From NCBI GenBank assembly GCA_040830765.1, contig JBFOMH010000005.1, positions 192,001 to 256,000 on the forward strand: a stretch of 64,000 bases of DNA, in the 5' to 3' direction. This document shows positions 29,037-36,996 of the stretch, one piece after another (position 1 is the stretch's first letter; each line of letters starts with the position of its first letter). The translations under genes and the position numbers were made by a program. The notes below the pieces were generated by a model. It searched no databases, was not told the origin of the DNA, and saw only the letters and a list, made by a program, of their open reading frames with translations. The stretch is from Puniceicoccaceae bacterium (lineage in GTDB: Bacteria; Verrucomicrobiota; Verrucomicrobiia; Opitutales; Oceanipulchritudinaceae).

Positions 29037-30935
29037 ATGAAAAGGGTTCCTCTACTCCTCTTTATCGCCCTTGCCCTGTTGAGCCAGTCAGCCGTCGTAG
29101 CTGCGGATTGGCCCTCCGATAGCGAGCGCATTCTCGCCTACCAGGAACGCTGCCAGATGGTAGTGGACCGGATGGTTGAGGCCACCGATCCGACGGACAC
29201 CAGCCGGGGCGGGCTTTTCGCGATTGCGGCCAACCTCGCAGCAGGAGAAAACCTCGACTGGGCCCGTGAGCGCCTGCGCACCGCCAACGATCCGCCGACA
29301 GGGGCGATGTTCTGGATGCATCCCATGGTCCTCGTCATGTATGCCGGCAAGGACCAGCTGAACGACGAGGATTGGGCCTTTATCCGCGAATTATGGCGCA
29401 CTTACTTTCCCTTCCGGGGTGATACCGAGAACCATTGGCTGATGTATTACGTCAGTATCTACCTGGCCTGCCAGATGTTCCCCGATTCGGGTCCGGAAGC
29501 CTGGTACAATGGCAAGTCGGCCCGGGAGAATATGGAAGAAGCGGAGGATTACATCCGCGACTGGATCCGGGTGACCACCTCCTACGGCCAGGGTGAATAT
29601 GATTCACCCAATTACATCGAGGAGTATACCCGCCCCTTGGCCCTGCTGGCTGGCTGGTGTGAAGACGATGAACTGCGTCACCTCAGCCGGATGATGCTTG
29701 ATTACATCATCCTCGACTTTGCCGTGGAGAACCTCGATGGCCTTTATGGAGGTGCCCACAGCCGGCTTTACCCGCGCTATGTCCTCCGCCCAGCCCTGGC
29801 GGCCTCCGCCCGCCATGCCTGGCTCCTCTGGGGCCAGGGCGAGTTCCAAAACAACGGGGGCAACCTCATCATTGCCCTCAGCGGCTACACCCCGCCGGCC
29901 ATTCTTCACCGGATCGCCTCGGACCGGGACAAGGCCTACGTGCAAAAGGAAGTCAAGCGAACCCGCTGGCGCTTGCGGCATGCCGGACCGGATGCTTTCC
30001 GGATCGGCTGGCGTTCCACCATTCCCGTTTACAAGTACACCTATGTCCACCCGGACTACTTGCTCGGTTCCTCCCAGGGCGGCCTTTTGCAGCCGATCCA
30101 GCAGCAGACGTGGAGTCTTCTCTGGCGGGACGACAACGCCCTTGAGGCCTCCAATACCATGTTTGGCATTCAGCCCTATTCCAATCCCATCGAAGGGACG
30201 ATGTACTTTGGTGCCGACTGGGACACTGTGACCGATCTCATTGCCCGTTCCAAGGTGGATTACGATTCTCCGGACAAACTGGAAGGCGGCTCGCCCTATG
30301 AGCAGATATTCCAGCATGAATCGACCCTCATTGCCCTCTATGACATACCCGCGGATAACCGCTTCCCTCACATCCAGACCCTTTTCACCCGTGACCTGGA
30401 AAACCGCACGGAAGATGACTCCGGCTGGATTTTTGCCCAGGGCGGACCGGTATACATTGCTTACCGTCCCCTCGCAGAAGGTGAATGGCGGCCCGTCGAC
30501 TGGACCGGCCTTCTCAAGGGGGGAGCTGGCGGATGGTTCAGTACCAACTTCGAGGAGCTCGCTGCCGACAGCGAATTTTTTGTCAGCACTGCCCTGAAGA
30601 ACGGCTATGTGGTCCAGGTGGCGCCGGTCAGCGAATTTGATTCCTATTCGGCCTTCAAGGAGGCGATTCGCGCGCTGCCTCTTGACTATTCACTCGATCC
30701 GGTTCCATCCGTCACCTTCACCACCCTCACAGGGAGCGTGCTTTCGGCAACTTATGACCAGTGGTTGTCCATAGACGGCACCGTCGATGATCCGACCACC
30801 TGGAAGCTGTTCGATGGTCCCTATTCCCAGGCAGACCGGGAAAGCGAGCAACTGGAAATGCAGCATGGTGGTGAAGTTCACTTCCTTGATTTCAAAAACA
30901 ACACCTTCCGTTCCAACTTTACCCCAGTCCAATGA
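29037..30935 (+). CDS. Secreted hypothetical protein, possibly alpha/alpha-toroid lyase-like
   Basis: Signal peptide MKRVPLLLFIALALLSQSAVVAA; GDTENHWLM and GEYDSPNY motifs. Confidence 0.55.
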   Translation: MKRVPLLLFIALALLSQSAVVAADWPSDSERILAYQERCQMVVDRMVEATDPTDTSRGGLFAIAANLAAGENLDWARERLRTANDPPTGAMFWMHPMVLVMYAGKDQLNDEDWAFIRELWRTYFPFRGDTENHWLMYYVSIYLACQMFPDSGPEAWYNGKSARENMEEAEDYIRDWIRVTTSYGQGEYDSPNYIEEYTRPLALLAGWCEDDELRHLSRMMLDYIILDFAVENLDGLYGGAHSRLYPRYVLRPALAASARHAWLLWGQGEFQNNGGNLIIALSGYTPPAILHRIASDRDKAYVQKEVKRTRWRLRHAGPDAFRIGWRSTIPVYKYTYVHPDYLLGSSQGGLLQPIQQQTWSLLWRDDNALEASNTMFGIQPYSNPIEGTMYFGADWDTVTDLIARSKVDYDSPDKLEGGSPYEQIFQHESTLIALYDIPADNRFPHIQTLFTRDLENRTEDDSGWIFAQGGPVYIAYRPLAEGEWRPVDWTGLLKGGAGGWFSTNFEELAADSEFFVSTALKNGYVVQVAPVSEFDSYSAFKEAIRALPLDYSLDPVPSVTFTTLTGSVLSATYDQWLSIDGTVDDPTTWKLFDGPYSQADRESEQLEMQHGGEVHFLDFKNNTFRSNFTPVQ

Positions 30936-31945
30936 AATTGAGAAACATCATTCCCTTCGCCTTGCTGCCAGTGCTGGCGACATCCGGCTGCTCCGCGCAA
31001 TCCCAGGTGGATTCCGAGATGTTCATTGCCATGATCATGACCAAGAACCAGCGCTCCAGCTCGATTCCCACGGACAGCGGCATTTTGCTTCATTCAAAGG
31101 ACACAGGAGAGTGGGAACGCCTTGGACCAGCCATCCAGATGATCAGCAGTGTCACCGCGGATCCCTCCAATCCCAATAGCCTGTTCCTCGCTTGCGGGAA
31201 TGGAGTTGTCCGTTCCCTGGATGGTGGCGAAACCTGGCGGATGGTCACTGGCTGGAAGGAAAGCGATGTCCTGCAAATCGCCATCGACCCGACCGACGGG
31301 AACCGGATTTACGCGGCCACCGCCTGGGGTGTCAATGTCTCGACCGATGGCGGCGAATCCTGGAGCATGGCCAACAATGGGCTCGATGAGTACTTCGCCA
31401 AGGGCATTGTCATCGATGCCCGGGATCCCTCACGCCTTCTCCTCGCCAACACAAGGGGCCTGTTTGAATCAACGGACCGGACCGCAACGTGGGTTCGCAA
31501 TGAGGGGATTCCCGAAGTAGCCATTCTCCGCCTGCGCCGGGGCGAGTCCAATCCAGACGTCTGGATTGCCGGAACGGAGGGTAGAGGTATCTACATTTCC
31601 CATGACGATGCCGTCTCCTGGAAAGCGGTTGCTCCTGCACTCAGCGAGGCAAATGTCTACGGAGTCGCTGTCGATCCGCACGATTCCAACCATCTTGCTG
31701 CCGGTGGCTGGGATACCGGGATCCACCTATCCAGCGATGGCGGCATAACCTGGCAAAAGGCCACCGACCTCGTCTCACCCAATGTCACCGCCGTGTGCTT
31801 CGACGCCAACGTCCCCGGCCGTCTCTGGGCCTCGACATTTGAGGAAGGCACCTACTTTACGGATGACATGGGCAAGAACTGGAAATCGGCCGACCTTGAC
31901 GGGGCCTATGTCTTTGACATCGGATTCCTGCCAATTCGGCGGTAA
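30932..31945 (+). CDS. BNR/Asp-box beta-propeller lipoprotein
   Basis: Lipobox-like LATSGC; Asp-boxes SLDGGETW, STDGGESW, STDRTATW, SHDDAVSW, SSDGGITW, TDDMGKNW; ATGA overlap with the upstream gene. Confidence 0.75.
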   Translation: MKLRNIIPFALLPVLATSGCSAQSQVDSEMFIAMIMTKNQRSSSIPTDSGILLHSKDTGEWERLGPAIQMISSVTADPSNPNSLFLACGNGVVRSLDGGETWRMVTGWKESDVLQIAIDPTDGNRIYAATAWGVNVSTDGGESWSMANNGLDEYFAKGIVIDARDPSRLLLANTRGLFESTDRTATWVRNEGIPEVAILRLRRGESNPDVWIAGTEGRGIYISHDDAVSWKAVAPALSEANVYGVAVDPHDSNHLAAGGWDTGIHLSSDGGITWQKATDLVSPNVTAVCFDANVPGRLWASTFEEGTYFTDDMGKNWKSADLDGAYVFDIGFLPIRR

Positions 31946-31951
31946 CAGGCT

Positions 31952-32082
31952 AAAGGAGTACAGGCCTCTGGCCTGTACACGTCGCACCTACAGGCGGGAC
32001 GCCTGTAGTCCTTTATAATCTACAGGCGGGACGCCTGTAGTCCATTGCCACCTCAAAGGAGTACAGGCATCTTGCCTGTACA
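31952..32082. repeat. REP family C cluster (GGA(G/C)-TACAGGC-N5-GCCTGTA), 4 copies
   Basis: Copies at ~31955 (+), ~31988 (-), ~32020 (-) and ~32058 (+) between convergent operons. Confidence 0.85.
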
Positions 32083-32110
32083 TTGCTGAACCAAAAGGCT
32101 CCCGCTGTTC

Positions 32111-33619
32111 TTACTGGGGTCCGCCGGTGTGGCAATCGCTGCACAAGAGGCCGGAGACATCCCCGTCCGGGTGGGCGAATTCCAGTCCGCCGGGAGCCAG
32201 TTTCAGGAGGTCTGCCCCGGAACCTTGGGCAAGGATAGTATGGCAATCATTGCAGTCACCCGCTTGCATCGGCGCTTCCGTCTCCACGTTGTAGTGGGAG
32301 CCGCCATGGCAGCGGAAGCAACCCGGCCAGTTCTTGTGCCCAATGTGGTTCGGATAGGCTGACCAATCCGCCTTCATTTTGGGGAAGAAGTTTTCCGTGT
32401 AGATGCGCTGGACTTCCTCGATGGTCGTCTCCACATCCGGCTCCTCCTCGTACTCTGCCAGAAGGCCTTCCCGGATGGCCGCATAGGCCTCTTCGGTGTT
32501 CCCGTATTCTCCAACCAGCAGGTCGACCACGGTATACTTGAGGTCGGTGTACTCAGGGTTGAGTCGCTTCAGCGAAATCGCCCGATCGACGGCATCATTG
32601 GGTGGCAGAAGGATGTGTGCTGGACGGTTGTGGCAATCCATGCAGTCCATGGTCCGGATTTCATGCCCTTCCAGGTCTTCCATGTCGTAGTCCTCGTGCA
32701 TGAAAACCACTTCCTCGGAATCGCCCTTCTTCAGGCGAACCCATGGCACCTCAAGGCGTTTCTCATCGACGGCGATATATTCAACCTTGTTATTCGGATC
32801 GGTGTGCCAGTGGATGCCCCTGACATCACCCAGCCGGGGATCGCCACCCCCGACCTTGAGAATAATCCGGGTGGTGAACTCCTCATCGTCATAATCGGCC
32901 ATGAAGTGCTCGTAGGTCCGGTCAAGGTTGCCGGTGAAGACCTGCGGCCAGTGGCACTTTTCACAGGTGTCCTGGGCCGGGCGCAGGCTCTCGATGGGCG
33001 TCGGTACCGGTGTCGGGTACTTGTTGGCCAGGGCCGCATAGACCTGATAGAGGCCGTCAATCTTGGCCTTTACATACCACGTCGCTCCTTCACCAATATG
33101 ACACTCCACACAATTGACCCGGGCATGCGGAGACAAGGCGTAGGTCGCATACTCCGGTTCCATGATGGTGTGGCAAACCTCTCCACAAAACATGTTCGAT
33201 TCCGTGAAGTGGTAGGTCTTGTAGCTGCCGAGTGCACTCAGGAAAAGGAATCCCGTTCCACCGGCAATGAAGATGACGAATTTCTTCCGTTCCCGCCGTT
33301 GACTGAAGTCGAGGGAAAACTGCAGGAAGGACGTCTTCCCTTCCAGTTTGCTCAAATAGTAGCGGTCAACCAACCAACCGACAAACATCAGGCAAAGCCC
33401 GAGGATGAGGAAGAATGGTGCGACAATGAAAGTCAGAATGCCCAGATAGGGACTGCTTTCCGCTTGGGTCGCATCCAGCGCAAACAACAGGAAAAAGGCA
33501 AACAGGGCACTGAGGGCACCCACGGCACCGGTTGCCGAGATCCAATTGTTGAACTGGGAAAAGAAGAAACTGCGGCGTCCTTTACCGGAACCGCTTTTGG
33601 GAGAGCTGGGGGAGTTCAT
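32111..33619 (-). CDS. ImcH-like inner-membrane multiheme cytochrome c (NapC/NirT-related), 7 heme motifs
   Basis: Three N-terminal hydrophobic helices; CGEVCH (CX3CH), CVECH, CEKCH, CMDCH, CFRCH, CNDCH, CSDCH; 502 aa. Confidence 0.82.
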   Translation of the reverse strand: MNSPSSPKSGSGKGRRSFFFSQFNNWISATGAVGALSALFAFFLLFALDATQAESSPYLGILTFIVAPFFLILGLCLMFVGWLVDRYYLSKLEGKTSFLQFSLDFSQRRERKKFVIFIAGGTGFLFLSALGSYKTYHFTESNMFCGEVCHTIMEPEYATYALSPHARVNCVECHIGEGATWYVKAKIDGLYQVYAALANKYPTPVPTPIESLRPAQDTCEKCHWPQVFTGNLDRTYEHFMADYDDEEFTTRIILKVGGGDPRLGDVRGIHWHTDPNNKVEYIAVDEKRLEVPWVRLKKGDSEEVVFMHEDYDMEDLEGHEIRTMDCMDCHNRPAHILLPPNDAVDRAISLKRLNPEYTDLKYTVVDLLVGEYGNTEEAYAAIREGLLAEYEEEPDVETTIEEVQRIYTENFFPKMKADWSAYPNHIGHKNWPGCFRCHGGSHYNVETEAPMQAGDCNDCHTILAQGSGADLLKLAPGGLEFAHPDGDVSGLLCSDCHTGGPQ

Positions 33620-33634
33620 GGCGTGGAAGCGCTA

Positions 33635-33967
33635 TCAGGACTTTGCCATCGCGCGCATATATGCCACAAGGGCGTGAATTTCCTCGTCGGAAAGTTTCTT
33701 GGCGTAGCCCTTCATCTTGGTCCCGTCGACACCATCCTTGGTGGCGTTGAAGAGATCCTCATCGGACATTTCAGTAAGCGCGGCCGGATCCGTGTAATCC
33801 TTGAGCTCGAGCTTTTTACCGAGCGCGGTATCAGCGGAACCATCCTCAGCATGACACTTCTTGCAATGCTTGTCCCAGTTAGCCTTGGTTGCTTCACAAT
33901 TGTCAGCATAGCCCGAAAGGGATGACAGGACAAGTGAGGCAACAGTGACGATTAGGTATTTTTTCAT
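33635..33967 (-). CDS. Periplasmic monoheme class I cytochrome c
   Basis: Signal peptide, single CKKCH, distal Met in TKMKGY, C-terminal LSDEEIHALVAYM helix. Confidence 0.88.
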   Translation of the reverse strand: MKKYLIVTVASLVLSSLSGYADNCEATKANWDKHCKKCHAEDGSADTALGKKLELKDYTDPAALTEMSDEDLFNATKDGVDGTKMKGYAKKLSDEEIHALVAYMRAMAKS

Positions 33968-33998
33968 GCTTATTATTATTCCTTCTACATTTGGGGGT

Positions 33999-36140
33999 TT
34001 AGAATTTCATTTGCAGGCTTCCATTGAAGACATGCACGCTAAAGTCGGTCATTCCTGCAGTGGCCAGATCGGTTTGTTCATAGTAATGGTAGCCGATCCG
34101 GGCAGCCATGTTTGATGTGAAATGGAAGAAAACACTGGCCGTCCCGTGGTGTTGTTCAATCTCACTCCCGTAAGGGACGGTGATGGCAGCATTGTCGACA
34201 TAGTTATCAATCTCCATGTAATTATAACCAACTTGGATATCAATAAGGGACGTGAGGACAAAATACAAGCTTACATCAGCCTGCCAGTAGTCATTGGGAA
34301 TGTTGACAATGATACCCGAGAAGGTGCCTTCCAGGTCGGCCGTGGGCACTTCCGTAAGGTCATCAACGAGTGTGTAATTACCGGTGATAATGAACCGTGG
34401 ATGGGGTGCCCAGGTCAATGCCTGGTTGAAAACCACCCGCTCGCGATCGGAGGTCCGCAGCTCATCATTGAGCCGGTCCCGGCTATCGATGGTGGTGTTT
34501 TGGAAATCGACCCGGCTGACACTACGCAGGGTATCGAGTATCTTCCAGTGAACCCGGGCGTTGAGGTCTTCCGTATAGAAATCCTGATACTCAATGTATC
34601 CGGGATACAGTGTGAAGTCCGCATCCGGAATAGTCACGTTGGCAAAGTCGTACTCGTTCTTGCGTGACTTGATATAACCTTCAACGGATATGCGCATCCG
34701 GCGGAAAGGATCGTAATTCAAGCCCACTTCCCAGAAGGTCGTTTCACGGTCAAAGCCAGTAGCACGATCCAGGAGCCTCTCAAGTGAACCCGGATTGGGC
34801 AGGATTTCGGTGCGGGTCCATCCTTCCTTGAGATCCCCGGACTGGGTCGCAGCCTCAACTCGTGTATAGACTAATGTCTTGGGAATCCCCTTGAAGCGAA
34901 ATTCAAGAAAACCGGAAATGTCCTCGGCCGTCTTGTCACTGACGGAGAACATGTCCGCTTCCTGGTTCTGCCGCTGGAGGTCACCGAAGTCGACCGTATC
35001 GAAGGTATCGAAATAGGATCCCATGGCTTCCGTGGACAGGTGCTCAAGGCGCACGCCGGCCATCCAGCGGTAGCTTCCCTGCGGTTCATAGACCAGGTTC
35101 CCATTGAATATCCATTGCTTCAGTTTACGAGACCCGTCGAGATCGAGGAATCCGCGGTCATCAAGTTGGGACCGGGCAAAGTCGATGTCGTAAGCGGCAT
35201 CCGGATTGGCACCGAACACCCGGCTGCCCGTGACGTCGCCGTCAAGCTGGGTGTAGGCCATGCCAATAGAGCCACTGAGATTGTCAGTCATCGCCCGGCG
35301 GACATATCCGGAGAATCCAAAGAGGTCATCCTTCGTTTCCTGCTGGTGGGTCGCGTAGCGGTTGGCCCGGGCGTCGCTGGCTCCCCGTTCCACCGTCAAC
35401 TTCTTGTCGGATTCCCGGCTCTGGTAAAAGGCCCGGGCGCCTGCTCGATTGATTTCCTCCTTGTGTTCAATCCCGATTTCAACCTTGTGGACCGTTTCCT
35501 GCCCTTCCGACAAGGCCGGGACAATTCCCCGGGACTTCGGTTGCCCACTGACCCGGTACTGGTAGTTGTCACCAAATACGGTGGAAAGGCTTTGGCCTTC
35601 CCGGTTGAAGAAGTCATAAGCGACCCTCAGCTGCAGGGTGTCGGTCGGCTTGAAACGCAGACTGACTTTCAACTGATCAATTTCCTCCTCCAAGGCGGAA
35701 TCGGAAAGTGTAAAATAGGCATTCCTTGGGGCATACCAGACGCCCCCTCCAAAGTCGAATTCCACCCAATGGCGGAACTCGAGGTCGAAGAAGATCTCCT
35801 CCAGTTTGAAGGCCTCAATGGTCAGCGAAAGCTCATCCGGATTGACCAGCCAGCGGCCATCCATAAGGAAGCGCCAGTCCGCATAAGGATCGTTCTCGTA
35901 GTGGAAGTTTTCCACCCCGCCACCATCCTTGTCGAGCACACGAACGGACTCAGCGGCCTGACCAAGATTGGCATCATCCTCGAATTCCGAACTGGTGTAG
36001 GTGAAACTAAGCTCATTCTGGCGTGGTTCCGGTTCTTCGGTATCACTGGTGTAAAACTGGACTCCGGAAACCGAGGCCGGCAAGAACATGGCACTGGATA
36101 AGGCCAGCCAGGTGAGTTGTTTAAAACAGGCTGTTTTCAT
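33999..36140 (-). CDS. Outer-membrane beta-barrel, MtrB/PioB-like porin partner of a multiheme cytochrome
   Basis: Signal peptide, ~713 aa of alternating amphipathic strands, terminal Phe (GSLQMKF), directly downstream of the MtrA-like gene. Alternative start 36155. Confidence 0.75.
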   Translation of the reverse strand: MKTACFKQLTWLALSSAMFLPASVSGVQFYTSDTEEPEPRQNELSFTYTSSEFEDDANLGQAAESVRVLDKDGGGVENFHYENDPYADWRFLMDGRWLVNPDELSLTIEAFKLEEIFFDLEFRHWVEFDFGGGVWYAPRNAYFTLSDSALEEEIDQLKVSLRFKPTDTLQLRVAYDFFNREGQSLSTVFGDNYQYRVSGQPKSRGIVPALSEGQETVHKVEIGIEHKEEINRAGARAFYQSRESDKKLTVERGASDARANRYATHQQETKDDLFGFSGYVRRAMTDNLSGSIGMAYTQLDGDVTGSRVFGANPDAAYDIDFARSQLDDRGFLDLDGSRKLKQWIFNGNLVYEPQGSYRWMAGVRLEHLSTEAMGSYFDTFDTVDFGDLQRQNQEADMFSVSDKTAEDISGFLEFRFKGIPKTLVYTRVEAATQSGDLKEGWTRTEILPNPGSLERLLDRATGFDRETTFWEVGLNYDPFRRMRISVEGYIKSRKNEYDFANVTIPDADFTLYPGYIEYQDFYTEDLNARVHWKILDTLRSVSRVDFQNTTIDSRDRLNDELRTSDRERVVFNQALTWAPHPRFIITGNYTLVDDLTEVPTADLEGTFSGIIVNIPNDYWQADVSLYFVLTSLIDIQVGYNYMEIDNYVDNAAITVPYGSEIEQHHGTASVFFHFTSNMAARIGYHYYEQTDLATAGMTDFSVHVFNGSLQMKF

Positions 36141-36157
36141 TGCATTGTCCTCCATGA

Positions 36158-36955
36158 CTAGAACCTCAGTGAGCCGTTCACGTGGGAACCATGGACCGCC
36201 TCATGACAACCAGCGGTCCAGCAGGTACCCTGCTGAATGTAGCCAAAGCCGGAGTGGTCCACTCCGCCAATCATAATGGCATTCTGCTGGGTCTCGGTGA
36301 AGTGGCATTGCAGGCACAAGCTGGCGTTGCGGATCTTCAGCATCTTGTCATTGACGCTTCCGTGCTGCTCGTGACAAACGGTGCAACCGTCCCGCATGGC
36401 TTCATGTTCAAAGACGAATGGACCCGACTGGGCCGGATGACATTCCGCACAGGAACCGCTCTCCGCCGCCAGGATACCTTCAGCGAACAATTCCTTATCC
36501 TCATTTCCATGCGGATCATGGCAGTCAACACAAGCCACCATCCCCTCGGCAACCGGATGACTGTGCGGTAAGGCGAATTGTCCCTGGACATCAAGGTGGC
36601 ACTGCAGGCAGGCCTCGGGATTGCGGCCGGGATTGTGAATCAGGTGCCGGCCCTCGCCTTCCATCGAGTGGAGGCTTCCGGGACCATGGCAGGCTTCACA
36701 GCCGACGATGATATCGTCCTCGTCAGGAATCAAAAGCCGGGCGTGAACTGTATTGTCCACGGTCCGGCTTATGTCCTCGTGGCAGAGGCTACAATCCTCA
36801 TTGCCAACGAACTCTGCTCCTTTCGTCTGCGGCACCACGAGCACCGTGCGGTTGACTGACTGGCAGGCAATCAGTCCTACCGCCACGGCGCCCATGGTTA
36901 CCCACAAACGAGAACTCAGGAACATTTTTAGGGGGGTGTTATTGAGCTTCATCAA
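36158..36955 (-). CDS. MtrA/DmsE-family multiheme cytochrome c, shortened octaheme lipoprotein
   Basis: 7 CXXCH plus CWTAGCH; MtrA-like signatures CEACHGPGSLH, SHPV, CVDCHDPHG, GPFVFEH, HGSVNDKMLK, VHGSH; lipobox-like GLIAC. Confidence 0.85.
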   Translation of the reverse strand: MMKLNNTPLKMFLSSRLWVTMGAVAVGLIACQSVNRTVLVVPQTKGAEFVGNEDCSLCHEDISRTVDNTVHARLLIPDEDDIIVGCEACHGPGSLHSMEGEGRHLIHNPGRNPEACLQCHLDVQGQFALPHSHPVAEGMVACVDCHDPHGNEDKELFAEGILAAESGSCAECHPAQSGPFVFEHEAMRDGCTVCHEQHGSVNDKMLKIRNASLCLQCHFTETQQNAIMIGGVDHSGFGYIQQGTCWTAGCHEAVHGSHVNGSLRF

Positions 36956-36996
36956 GGCATGAGCATGATGGGCTGATTTTTAATCTGCAACCTCAA

